Shown: positions 47,881 through 56,759 of the stretch, one piece after another | How the letters are laid out: each line of letters starts with the position of its first letter | Numbering within the stretch: position 1 is the stretch's first letter | Origin: Syntrophomonadaceae bacterium | GTDB taxonomy: Bacteria; Bacillota; Dethiobacteria; DTU022 | NCBI GenBank assembly: GCA_007132095.1 | Contig: SLPH01000015.1 | Coordinates: forward strand, 221 to 64,220 | Direction: 5' to 3' | Length of the DNA stretch: 64,000 bases | The notes under the pieces: generated by a model | The model's input: the letters and a program-made list of their open reading frames with translations, nothing else | What the model was told of the DNA's origin: nothing | The model's database searches: none | Made by a program: the position numbers and the translations under genes

Positions 47881-47883
47881 TTT

Positions 47884-47912
47884 AGGATAACCAATAAGGC
47901 CGGTTTTGTCAA
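47884..47912 (-). promoter_or_regulatory. Putative sigma-A promoter for the leuA leader
   Basis: On the minus strand: TTGACA, 17-nt spacer, TATCCT. The -10 is weak. Confidence 0.3.
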
Positions 47913-48049
47913 TAACTTTTCTCCAAAAAAGGTTTGCCGAACAGGTAATAAATACCAAACGATCATAAAATACCGTTTAAGCTTGACTTTTTGGCAATAA
48001 TCCTTCAGAATATATATATAATTCCGCATATACCTCGCCGAACGGAGGT

Positions 48050-49012
48050 TTGTCGGTGCAAGCCCGTAAAAGCGGCCCGCCGGTTTTAAACGGTTACGAG
48101 CAAAATGCCCTGCTAAGACAGCCTAACCCCAAAGCTGCCACAGGTCTTCGTAACCTCTGCATTATAGTCCTTATGCTGAAAGCCGGTTTGCGAACCGGAG
48201 AAATTACCGAACTGCAGGCAGATTCCTTTGACTGGGATGAAAGAAAGATTTACATCAGCGAAAGTGGGGGAGCCGAGAGCAGAATTCTTCTGCTGGCTGC
48301 CGATGAAATAGATATCCTTTCAACCTGGAACGCCAAAAGACCCTTCTCAAGCCCCTATTTTCTTTGTACCCTGGCCGGGGATAAGCTGAAAGACCGCTAT
48401 ATCAGGGAAATGATCAAACGGTTGGCCAGAAAAGCCGATATTAAGAAGGATGTTCACCCGCACATGCTGCGCCATACCTTTGCAGCCGACCTGCTCAGGG
48501 AGACTGGAGATCTGACCCTTGTGCAGAAAGCGCTTGGCCATCGCGATATTTCCGCTACTCGGATATATATGAATTTGGCTCCGGAAACTAAAGGCCATTG
48601 CCCTGACGGACCCGAAGCGCATCAAAGAAGCGGGATTCCGGAACTGGAGGATCAGCAGATGCAATTCAAACTGCCCGACGAAAAATACGGTCACAAGGAC
48701 AATCGCGGCAACGACAGCCCTGCACAGGAAAAGGAAGAGGCAGATACTTTGCCGTTAAAGGAAGATCAGGACCAGCTATCCATGAGCAATAACCGGGCCG
48801 CAGCTTCTGTTAAAAAGGAAAGAGACCCAGGTGAAACAGGAGAAAGCGGTTCTATCGTAAAGGAGGCCGGAATTACGATAGAGACCCGCCGTGTGCCCAT
48901 TCCGGCGATAAAGTGCAGCAAGTGCAGTTATATTTTGCGCTTCCAGGAAAACTGCCCCCAGTGTGGCGAACCGTTTATCTCTATCCTTAAACACTGGGGG
49001 AGAAGGATTTGA
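48050..49012 (+). CDS. Tyrosine recombinase catalytic-domain protein with a low-complexity linker and C-terminal zinc ribbon; no N-terminal core-binding domain
   Basis: TTG start 8 nt after ACGGAGG. The catalytic residues are all present: R (GLRTGE), HxxR (HMLRH), H (GHRDI) and Y (RIYMN). They begin ~35 aa from the N-terminus, so the SAM-like N-domain is missing. The C-terminus is CSKCSYILRFQENCPQCGEPF. Confidence 0.6.
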   Translation: MSVQARKSGPPVLNGYEQNALLRQPNPKAATGLRNLCIIVLMLKAGLRTGEITELQADSFDWDERKIYISESGGAESRILLLAADEIDILSTWNAKRPFSSPYFLCTLAGDKLKDRYIREMIKRLARKADIKKDVHPHMLRHTFAADLLRETGDLTLVQKALGHRDISATRIYMNLAPETKGHCPDGPEAHQRSGIPELEDQQMQFKLPDEKYGHKDNRGNDSPAQEKEEADTLPLKEDQDQLSMSNNRAAASVKKERDPGETGESGSIVKEAGITIETRRVPIPAIKCSKCSYILRFQENCPQCGEPFISILKHWGRRI

Positions 49013-49308
49013 TCAGCGAAAACAGTTAAGAGAAGGAGCATTATTGGCAGCGCTGCATATTCCGATAATATATCTTATGTAAAGTAGAAGAGGGAGGCGC
49101 ACTGATCCGGCGCTTCTCTTCATGTCTCTTCATGATTTTGTATATCATACCCCTGAGCCTTCCCGTGTCTGTTTGTGCTTCAGAACCTGTGGCTTTAGAC
49201 TGTAAATAAACTGCCGGATAATGCGCCAGTTGATGGTCCGCCACCGAAAGGTTATACTAATGCCGTAACTCTTTTAAATTTTTCAACCTGAAAGGTCCGG
49301 TCTGCCAG

Positions 49309-50226
49309 ATGCTAAACAACCTTTACCATTTAACTAAACGCAAGATCTATTTTCTTACCCTGATTGTAACTTTGTTCCTTGCGCTTGGTTTTCTGTTTGC
49401 CTGCCAACCCGATAGGGCTTTAAACGATACCGGCACAGAAGTTGATAATACAGTAGAAAGCCCGCAGGACGAGCCTGACAGCACAGATGAACCAGAAGAA
49501 CCTGTCGAACCGGATCCCCCTCCTCCCTCTCCCCTACCAGTATTTGGTATATATGCCGGGGCCGGCAGCTGGCTTGAAAACGTTGAGGCAATCTCTAACT
49601 TTCTGGATCACTACGGGTATGAATGGTATCAATTCGATGCAGAAGAAGCAGCCACTTCAGAACCGGCCGATCTTTATGACGTGATCTGGTTTCCGGGCGG
49701 TTTTGCCGCTGAATATAAGCATTATATCGGGGATCATGAAAATATCCGCTCTTTTGTCCACCAGGGCGGTACCTTTATCGGTTCCTGCGCCGGCGCCTAT
49801 TACGCTTCTGCTGTATTGCGCTGGTCTGGAACTGCTTACGATTACCCCCTCTCGCTTTTCGAAGGTGAAGCGGTCGGGCCGATGTCCGGTTTGATCGGCT
49901 GGGGAAGCCAGGCCGAAATCAGCCCTGAAGCGGGCCATCCGGTTTCAGAAAACTTCCCCGAAAAGATTGAAATGTGCTATTGTGACGGCCCTTATTTTAA
50001 AGCTGATCAAAATGGGCAGGACCTGGTAGTCCTTGCCCGTTATATTGTTAATGATAAACCGGCTGTAGTTGCTGTACCTTTTGGATCAGGTAAAGCGCTG
50101 CTGCTCGGTCCTCACCCGGAATTAAGCCGCTACGATCCCTCCTCTGCCGGCTTCGACCTTGAAGGCGGGGAAGGATCCCAGTGGCCCTGGCTTCACGAGG
50201 CCATCCTCTGGCTGATTGATTGGTGA
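49309..50226 (+). CDS. Putative lipoprotein with a class-I glutamine-amidotransferase-like (BPL_N / DJ-1-like) domain
   Basis: Signal peptide with lipobox LFAC, then an acidic Pro-rich linker. The GGFAAEY ... GGTFIGSCAGAYYAS region resembles a GATase1-like nucleophile elbow. Confidence 0.45.
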   Translation: MLNNLYHLTKRKIYFLTLIVTLFLALGFLFACQPDRALNDTGTEVDNTVESPQDEPDSTDEPEEPVEPDPPPPSPLPVFGIYAGAGSWLENVEAISNFLDHYGYEWYQFDAEEAATSEPADLYDVIWFPGGFAAEYKHYIGDHENIRSFVHQGGTFIGSCAGAYYASAVLRWSGTAYDYPLSLFEGEAVGPMSGLIGWGSQAEISPEAGHPVSENFPEKIEMCYCDGPYFKADQNGQDLVVLARYIVNDKPAVVAVPFGSGKALLLGPHPELSRYDPSSAGFDLEGGEGSQWPWLHEAILWLIDW

Positions 50227-50290
50227 CTCCTGTGATATAATAAAACAGTATAAGTTAAACCAGCTCAACTAACCGAAAGGTGGATCCTAA

Positions 50291-51607
50291 ATGCGTAGAA
50301 TTACTTTCTTAATCCTGGGTCTTGTCCTTGTTGTTCTCGCTTTCTGGGGCGGGACAGCCCTGGGTGAAATGTTCCCCATATTTGAAACTGCACCGGATAC
50401 CGCAGCGGAAGAAAGCGTTGTTGAAATAGTTGATGAGCCTGAGGAAGAAGAAGAGATTTTCAATCCGGATCTGCGAACGGCCAGTTTAGTGGCTGTGGGA
50501 AACATAATGGCTCATACGCCCCAGATCGAGCAGGCCCATATTGGCGATGGCGAGTATGATTTCAGTCCCAGCTTTGAATATATCGCTCCCTATCTGCAGC
50601 CGGCTGACCTGGCGATAGCCGACCTTGAAGTTTCTCAGGCCGGGCCCGATATTTCTTTCTGGAACTACAGCGGTTACACGGGGTTTCCTCTTTTCAACGC
50701 CCCCCAGGAGCTCTCTGTTGCTCTTCGTGATGCCGGCATCGATGCTATGACCCTGGCGAACAACCATGCCATGGATCGAGGCTACGACGGCCTGCAGATA
50801 ACGATCGACCACCTGGGCAGCCTTGGGATCGAGACCTTCGGGGCTTACAAGAGCCGGGAAGAGCGCGACACTCCGACTATCGTGGATTTGAACGGCATTG
50901 AAGTCGCCCTCATCGGTTACACCTACAGTACAAACGGTATTCCTGTCCCCGACGGACATGATTATGCCGTTAATATCACCGAAGAGTTCCGTGATACCGA
51001 GCCTGTTATAAATGACATAAATCAGGCCCGGTTGGCGGGAGCCGATCTGGTGGTTGTATTCCCTCACTGGGGCGCCGAGCACACCACAGAGCCTCAGCCG
51101 GGTTACCTGCGCGACGCTGCTTATGAAATGGCGGCTGCGGGCGCCGACCTGATTATCGGCGGCCATCCGAAGTATATCCAGCCCCTGGAGTGGTTTTTCT
51201 TTGAAAATCCGGATGGCACAGAAAGAGCTTCTCTTGCCGTCTATTCGCAGGGCAACTTTATATCTAACCAGCACTATCCCCATAATCTTTCCCCCCACGT
51301 TGAATACGGCCTGCTGCTCGATTTCGAGCTAACCAAAAGCATGGATACCGGAAAGGCCTGGATCAGCGGCGTCGATTATGAAATAACCTGGGTTCACCGC
51401 GCCTGGCGGCACCGGATTTTGCCTTTGAGCGAAGTCATGACCGGGAACCCGGACACCTATAACCTCACCTCGTCAAAGGTTGATGAACTGGAAAGCTGGA
51501 GACAACGGATTATTGATGTTATTGATCTCTACGGCTACAGTGATGAGAAATCGAGGGCCATGGCCCTGGCAAACGCTCTTCTTGACGAGGCAATGAAACC
51601 ACAATAA
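50291..51607 (+). CDS. CapA / PgsA-family metallophosphatase-fold protein
   Basis: N-terminal transmembrane anchor. VAVGNIMAHTP and LANNHAMDRGYDGL are typical CapA motifs. 438 aa. Confidence 0.7.
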   Translation: MRRITFLILGLVLVVLAFWGGTALGEMFPIFETAPDTAAEESVVEIVDEPEEEEEIFNPDLRTASLVAVGNIMAHTPQIEQAHIGDGEYDFSPSFEYIAPYLQPADLAIADLEVSQAGPDISFWNYSGYTGFPLFNAPQELSVALRDAGIDAMTLANNHAMDRGYDGLQITIDHLGSLGIETFGAYKSREERDTPTIVDLNGIEVALIGYTYSTNGIPVPDGHDYAVNITEEFRDTEPVINDINQARLAGADLVVVFPHWGAEHTTEPQPGYLRDAAYEMAAAGADLIIGGHPKYIQPLEWFFFENPDGTERASLAVYSQGNFISNQHYPHNLSPHVEYGLLLDFELTKSMDTGKAWISGVDYEITWVHRAWRHRILPLSEVMTGNPDTYNLTSSKVDELESWRQRIIDVIDLYGYSDEKSRAMALANALLDEAMKPQ

Positions 51608-51620
51608 CGGGGTATGTGAT

Positions 51621-52850
51621 TTGAACATCGGTATTTTTACAGACAGCTATCGTCCTTACACCAGCGGAGTGGTAAGATCGATTGAGCTCTTTTCCCGCGA
51701 ATTTAACAGCCGTGGCCATAAAGTATATATATTCGGCCCCGATTATCCACTGCTGCCCTCTACCAAGGAAGATCGGGTATACCGCTTTGCCTCGGTGCCT
51801 GCCCCCACATTTCCTGAGTTCTCCCTGGCTATTCCCATATCTGCTCAGCTGGGGCAAACGATCAGGGAAATAGATTTGGATATTATTCATGTCCAGTCCC
51901 CATTCCTGCTGGGCAGGCTTGGAGCCAGATCTGCCAGGAAACACCGTTTACCCCTGGTCTTTACCTTTCACACTCTTTATGATCAGTACGTTCACTACTT
52001 CCCAATCGCTGAAAAAACATCGAAGCAGATTATCCAGCGTATGGGCAGGGAATTTTGCAACCGCTGCAATGCAGTTATAGCCCCTTCCCGCCTGGTAGCC
52101 GGTTACTTGCAGCGGATCGGCGTGGAAACGGAAATACATACTATCCCAACCGGAATTGACCTTGACGAATTCAAAGACTTGAACAGCTCCTGGCTGCAGG
52201 ATAATCATGGTGTTAAGCCCGAAGAAAAAGTGCTTCTCTTTGTCGGCAGGCTGGGTCAGGAAAAAAACGTCTCTTTCCTGCTGAAGTCCTTTAAAAAAAT
52301 TCTTTCCCGGCAGCCTCAAACCCGCCTGGTGCTCGTGGGTAAGGGCCCCCAGGAGGCTCGCTTGCGCAAACAGTGCAGGCAGCTCGGTATTTTAGATAAT
52401 GTAATATTTACCGGTGTTCTTCCCCGGCAGAAAATAGTTCACTGTTTTGCCAGCTCGCATATATTTACCTTCCCTTCGGTGACTGAAACCCAGGGGATTG
52501 TTATTGGCGAAGCGATGGCCACCGGCCTTCCCGTGGTTGCCATCAGGGCCTTTGGGCCGGCTGAAATGGTTAGCGACGGAGAAGACGGCTTTCTCACCGA
52601 GCCGAACCTGAACGCCTTTACCGATGCGGTTTTGAAACTTCTGGCCGATGATGAGCTCTACAAGAGCATGAGTGCCAGGGCCAAAGAAAACGTCCAGAAT
52701 ATTTCACTAAGCCGCTGCGCCGACCGGATGCTTGATCTTTACAGCGACCTGATCGACAGAAACGTAGCCGCACCCAGGCTTTGGCCCTATAAGAATACTG
52801 GAAAAGGGCCTGTAAAGACTTGGCTTGATACATTCAAGGAGGATAACTGA
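51621..52850 (+). CDS. Family 4 glycosyltransferase (GT4, GT-B fold)
   Basis: The N-terminal IGIFTDSYRPYTSGV acceptor domain and C-terminal donor domain with the GEAMATGLPVVA region and an E-x7-E-like context fit GT4. TTG start. Confidence 0.75.
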   Translation: MNIGIFTDSYRPYTSGVVRSIELFSREFNSRGHKVYIFGPDYPLLPSTKEDRVYRFASVPAPTFPEFSLAIPISAQLGQTIREIDLDIIHVQSPFLLGRLGARSARKHRLPLVFTFHTLYDQYVHYFPIAEKTSKQIIQRMGREFCNRCNAVIAPSRLVAGYLQRIGVETEIHTIPTGIDLDEFKDLNSSWLQDNHGVKPEEKVLLFVGRLGQEKNVSFLLKSFKKILSRQPQTRLVLVGKGPQEARLRKQCRQLGILDNVIFTGVLPRQKIVHCFASSHIFTFPSVTETQGIVIGEAMATGLPVVAIRAFGPAEMVSDGEDGFLTEPNLNAFTDAVLKLLADDELYKSMSARAKENVQNISLSRCADRMLDLYSDLIDRNVAAPRLWPYKNTGKGPVKTWLDTFKEDN

Positions 52851-52854
52851 GCAA

Positions 52855-53946
52855 ATGAATACGATTGAAAAAGCTTTAATGCACGGTCTTTTCGTCCACC
52901 TGCATCACAATATCGATAAGGCAATCGATTTTAGCGTATTTAAAAAGCTTAATGAAAAGGTGGCCGAAAATTCACCGGGTCGCTTGCTGGTTGGTCCCGA
53001 TGCCAATGATGACGCTGCAGTTTTCCAGCTGCCCGGCGATGATGGCCTGGTAGCGGCAAAAATGGAAAGCCACTGTTCACCCTGTGTACCCAGGCCCTAC
53101 GATAGCGCCGCCACCGGTGCCGGGGGAGCCATGCGCGATGTTGTTGCCATGGGCGCCCGCCCCCTTTTCCTGCTTGATTTTATCGGCACCCGCCCCCTGG
53201 ACCAGGAGGTTCTGGTCGGCCCCTGCGGTTTTAAGGGTGAATGCACCTGCGGCGAATGTTTAACCATGACCAGCGGCGAGCGCGTTGACCTGATTGTCAG
53301 GGGGATCAGGGATATGTGTGAAACCATGGGCGTATATGTTGTCGGAGGCGGCCTCTCCACTTCTTTTAGTGATATAGTGCCGGCTGTTGTCGCCGCTGTA
53401 ATCGGCAGGATGGTCGTTGATCAGCCTCTCACAAAACCGGCAAAAAATGAAGGCGATCGGTTAATCATTGTCGGCGAAACCGACAACGACGGAAATGATA
53501 CCTTATACAGGGCCGGTCTGGCAGATGTAATGCGCCCGGCTGTAGCCCTTTTTGATGAAGAGAAAAAGACCATGGAAGCAGCTCTCGCCGCTATTAAGAC
53601 AGGGAAAATAAACGCCTGCTCTGATCTTGGCGCTGCCGGCGTCGGCGCCGCAGTTAGCGAGTCGGTCCGCTTTGGCGGTCTCGGCGCCCTTGTAGATCTC
53701 TCCCTGGTTCCGCTTAAAAAGGCAGGGTTGAGCCCGGAAGAAATCCTGATCTGTGAAACCCAGGCCCGTATGCTCTTCCAGGTTAATCCGGGCGATGTAG
53801 ATACCGTAATCGCCGCTGTACGCGGCAAGGGTGCCCCTGTCGCAGAAATCGGGGAGATAACCGGCAGCAAAGAAGCTGTATTTATGCACGGGGAAAGTAG
53901 AATTGCCACTGTTCCGCACCAGCCGCCCCGGGAACTGTTTGAGTAA
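52855..53946 (+). CDS. AIR-synthase-related (PurM-superfamily) protein of unknown function
   Basis: GPDANDDAAVF and the GAGGAMRDVVAMGARPLFLLDFIG region show a PurM/HypE/ThiL-like fold. ATG 12 nt after AGGAGG. The gene is tightly linked to the GT4 gene. Confidence 0.65.
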   Translation: MNTIEKALMHGLFVHLHHNIDKAIDFSVFKKLNEKVAENSPGRLLVGPDANDDAAVFQLPGDDGLVAAKMESHCSPCVPRPYDSAATGAGGAMRDVVAMGARPLFLLDFIGTRPLDQEVLVGPCGFKGECTCGECLTMTSGERVDLIVRGIRDMCETMGVYVVGGGLSTSFSDIVPAVVAAVIGRMVVDQPLTKPAKNEGDRLIIVGETDNDGNDTLYRAGLADVMRPAVALFDEEKKTMEAALAAIKTGKINACSDLGAAGVGAAVSESVRFGGLGALVDLSLVPLKKAGLSPEEILICETQARMLFQVNPGDVDTVIAAVRGKGAPVAEIGEITGSKEAVFMHGESRIATVPHQPPRELFE

Positions 53947-54113
53947 CTCTTTGAAGAAACGAATCTTTACTGCCTGTTATTGTATATGCAATACTAAGCG
54001 ACCGGACTGGTGTTGAAAGCTAAAAAACTCAATGGTCAAAATTCTATATACCGGCCGGGCCGGAAACCAAACGCTTAACAGCGAGGAAAGGTCAAATGGC
54101 TGAATCGGGTTAG

Positions 54114-54998
54114 TTACAAGAGCTCACCGCCCGCAACCATGACCACCCTCCCTCCTACTTCGACCTCAATAATGCCCTCTTTCTCTTCCGCTTTCAGGAA
54201 AAGGAGCGAGGGCCTTTTAATTTCGTAACCCTGTTCGACGCGCAGATCAACTACTTCCGTCCCGAAATAACGGTTCTTGACCAGGTATGCTGCCAGGCAC
54301 CCGTTAGCGCTGCCCGTGGCCGGGTCTTCCGGAATTCCGTGATAATGATCAAACATTCGTGCGTTCAGCTGGTTCTCCCTGCTATAGCACTCAGGGCTGA
54401 AAACAAATATCGATTTAGCGTCAGTATCTTCGATTAAACTTTCATAACGCTCCATGTTAACCCGGCATGATTTTACCGCAGCAAGGTTTTTCAGCGGGAC
54501 AATGATGAAAGGAAGCCCCGTGGAAACTTCTTCAATGGGGTGGCGGTTATCTATTTGCCCCTCAGTGAGACCAAGAACAGGAGCCAGGTCCCGGGGGCTG
54601 TATTTCCTGCCGAAAACCGGCGGGATCTGCTTCATCCATAAAATGTCCGGCCTGCCGTTGAGGTATGAAAAACTGACCGGTATAGGGCCAACTCCAAGGT
54701 TCAGGGTAACCTCATCTACTTCCGATCTGATTAGCTCCTGCTGGATAATATATGCCGTGCCGAGGGTCGGATGCCCTGCAAAGGGCAGCTCTTCGTCAAG
54801 CGAGAAAATGCGGACACTGTAACCGCCCTGAATAGGCTCATCCTGCAAAATAAAGGTTGTTTCAGAGTAATTCATTTCAGCAGCTATCTTTTGCATTTCT
54901 TCGCCGGTCAGGTTGGCGGCGTTTCTAATAACGGCAAGCTGGTTACCGGCATACTTATCTTCGGCAAAAACATCAACCAGGTAGAATGGATGCGTCAT
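54114..54998 (-). CDS. PhzF-family isomerase (phenazine biosynthesis-like, DapF fold)
   Basis: N-terminal FYLVDVFAEDKYAGNQLAV and ETTF are typical PhzF motifs. I chose the start MTHPF. Confidence 0.75.
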   Translation of the reverse strand: MTHPFYLVDVFAEDKYAGNQLAVIRNAANLTGEEMQKIAAEMNYSETTFILQDEPIQGGYSVRIFSLDEELPFAGHPTLGTAYIIQQELIRSEVDEVTLNLGVGPIPVSFSYLNGRPDILWMKQIPPVFGRKYSPRDLAPVLGLTEGQIDNRHPIEEVSTGLPFIIVPLKNLAAVKSCRVNMERYESLIEDTDAKSIFVFSPECYSRENQLNARMFDHYHGIPEDPATGSANGCLAAYLVKNRYFGTEVVDLRVEQGYEIKRPSLLFLKAEEKEGIIEVEVGGRVVMVAGGELL

Positions 54999-55085
54999 TA
55001 TCAGTCCCCCCTCTTTAATAGCAGTATAATACAACTGATCCGGGGGAGTAAACCGCTTCTTGCCTTTCTTGATGCTGCAGGCTCC

Positions 55086-55114
55086 TCTTTAGCTGCGGTA
55101 CTTTGTGTTATAAT
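55086..55114 (+). promoter_or_regulatory. Putative extended -10 promoter for the small-ORF / EVE pair
   Basis: TGtTATAAT at 55106-55114, with a weak -35 (TCTTTA) 17 nt upstream. It lies 22 nt before the SD of the small ORF. Confidence 0.35.
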
Positions 55115-55135
55115 TTGATTCAGGGAGGCCTGATT

Positions 55136-55303
55136 ATGAGTAACATTGACCGGCAGATCGAGGAAGTACAGAGAAAAATTGATGATATAAAGAAGCGCTG
55201 GCCCTTCCATTCCCCCAAGGTATCCATGGTCCGGGAGCTGGAGGATTTGGAACTGGAGTTGGAGCGCTTATTGTCAATAAACCACGGGGAAGCCGGGAGG
55301 TGA
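55136..55303 (+). CDS. Small hypothetical coiled-coil protein (55 aa)
   Basis: ATG 6 nt after GGGAGG. Charged heptad-like sequence. Its TGA stop is embedded in the SD of the downstream EVE gene. Confidence 0.4.
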   Translation: MSNIDRQIEEVQRKIDDIKKRWPFHSPKVSMVRELEDLELELERLLSINHGEAGR

Positions 55304-55309
55304 GCCGAG

Positions 55310-55714
55310 ATTAAACGATGGCTCTTAAAAATTGAACCGCACGAATACAGTTTCGAAGACCTGGTCAGGGAAAAAATCGCAGTCTGGGACGGGGTCAGCG
55401 CCCCGGCGGCATTAAAAAACATGCGCGCCATGAAAAAAGGCGATCCCGTTTTCATTTACCACACCGGGACCGAAAGGGCGATCGTGGGGACCGGAACGGT
55501 GGTCGAAGAAGCCTACCCTGATCCGTTGAAGGAAGATGAGCGCTATGTTGTGGTAGAGATAGAGGCCGGCGAAGCCCTGAACAGCCCGGTTACCCTGGCT
55601 GAAATTAAATACTCCGACCTTTTCCCCGATTGGGACCTGGTCAGGATCCCCCGTCTCTCCGTGGTGCCCGTAAGCAAAAAGCAGTGGGACCAGGTTATCC
55701 GCTGGAGCCGCTAA
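55310..55714 (+). CDS. EVE (PUA-like) domain protein; non-canonical start (ATT?) or disrupted
   Basis: The conserved N-terminus WLLKIEPHEYSFEDL ... precedes the first ATG at 55421. The only start-like codon after the in-frame TGA at 55301 is ATT at 55310, 6 nt after a perfect GGAGGTGA SD. Confidence 0.55.
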   Translation: MKRWLLKIEPHEYSFEDLVREKIAVWDGVSAPAALKNMRAMKKGDPVFIYHTGTERAIVGTGTVVEEAYPDPLKEDERYVVVEIEAGEALNSPVTLAEIKYSDLFPDWDLVRIPRLSVVPVSKKQWDQVIRWSR

Positions 55715-55756
55715 AAACCTGAACGCACTGCCTTAATTTAAGCCTGTCCTGGAAAC

Positions 55757-56563
55757 TTAGTCCGGGATGCTGTTCTCACAGGGGACATCAACCTGGCACT
55801 TGCCGCAGGCACTGTACGGGTAGCTGTACTTATCCCTGATTGCTCCGGAAAATTGATCAAGCTTCTCGATCTGGCCCTTGCAGGCCGCCTTATCCATGCC
55901 CTCTTCAGATATTGCTCCCGCGGGGCAGCGATCGATACAGGCGCCGCAGCTTTTATCGATCAAGAAGGGGCAATCTTTATAATAAACCTCAGACGACCTG
56001 ATTGAAGGCGGAAAATTCAGGTCTGTAATGACGCTGCCAAAGCGCCCTGCCATCCCTTTTTCTGTAATCAGCCCCCTGCTTAAACCAAACGTTCCCAGCC
56101 CCGCCGCAAAGGCAACGTGCCGTTCGGACCAGTTGCTCAGACCTCTGTCATGATCATACGCAAAATCTGGTTCGCAAACCGGGGCAATGGCCCTGCCGCC
56201 GCTTTCTGTCAGCATCCTGACGATTAAATTACGGATCTTGTCGTTTACTTTCTCGCCCAGGAACCGGGCGTGCATCCAGTCTTCCGAAGGTTCATTGATC
56301 TTGTAGTTGGCTTTCTTTATCGCCATGGTAAAGGGCAGGAAATATGAAATTATCGTTACTGCTCCGGGCAGCCATTCGCCGGGCAGCCGAAAGACGGATC
56401 CGATAATTGCGTCATCTTTCATTTTTTCGAACAGGGGATCTGCCGCATCAACAAATCCGACCAGGGGCTGGTCATATATTTTATCCCCCGCCGGGGTCCT
56501 GTTTTCACTGTCGCTATCCAGTAAAGAAATAATGGCCTCATTCAAGCTGCTGCTCTCTAGCAT
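55757..56563 (-). CDS. Iron-sulfur protein with a 2[4Fe-4S] C-terminal region (QueG / reductive-dehalogenase-related?)
   Basis: CGACIDRCPAGAI and CGKCQVDVPC motifs. The N-terminal domain is weakly QueG/DUF1730-like. Family call is uncertain. Confidence 0.5.
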   Translation of the reverse strand: MLESSSLNEAIISLLDSDSENRTPAGDKIYDQPLVGFVDAADPLFEKMKDDAIIGSVFRLPGEWLPGAVTIISYFLPFTMAIKKANYKINEPSEDWMHARFLGEKVNDKIRNLIVRMLTESGGRAIAPVCEPDFAYDHDRGLSNWSERHVAFAAGLGTFGLSRGLITEKGMAGRFGSVITDLNFPPSIRSSEVYYKDCPFLIDKSCGACIDRCPAGAISEEGMDKAACKGQIEKLDQFSGAIRDKYSYPYSACGKCQVDVPCENSIPD

Positions 56564-56759
56564 AATATTCCCTCCAGTGTAGAAAAAGATAACCCAGGCC
56601 AAACCGGAACCTTATCCGGGGAGCTGGATTCACGGTTCAACCTAATTCTGACGCTTAATAAAGTGGTTGCAGCGTATAAGCTGGTTTAAATGAGATTGGG
56701 CAGTACAGGTTACTGAACCAGGGACAGCAGTTACGCAAATTAAGGGAAGCAATTAATAA

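Noticed and set aside
47692-48000. 102-aa plus-strand ORF between leuA and the recombinase gene
   Set aside because: It lies antisense to the leuA leader and promoter. It has no SD and a low-complexity translation.
55301-55303. In-frame TGA between the small ORF and the EVE domain as a selenocysteine codon
   Set aside because: I see no convincing SECIS-like hairpin within ~25 nt downstream. EVE proteins are not known selenoproteins, and the TGA is part of a strong SD. AUU initiation or a sequencing error are more likely.
55421-55714. ORF-track start (first ATG) for the EVE protein
   Set aside because: It would delete the conserved N-terminal WLLK...EP...W.GV segment of the EVE fold. The upstream in-frame sequence clearly encodes that segment.
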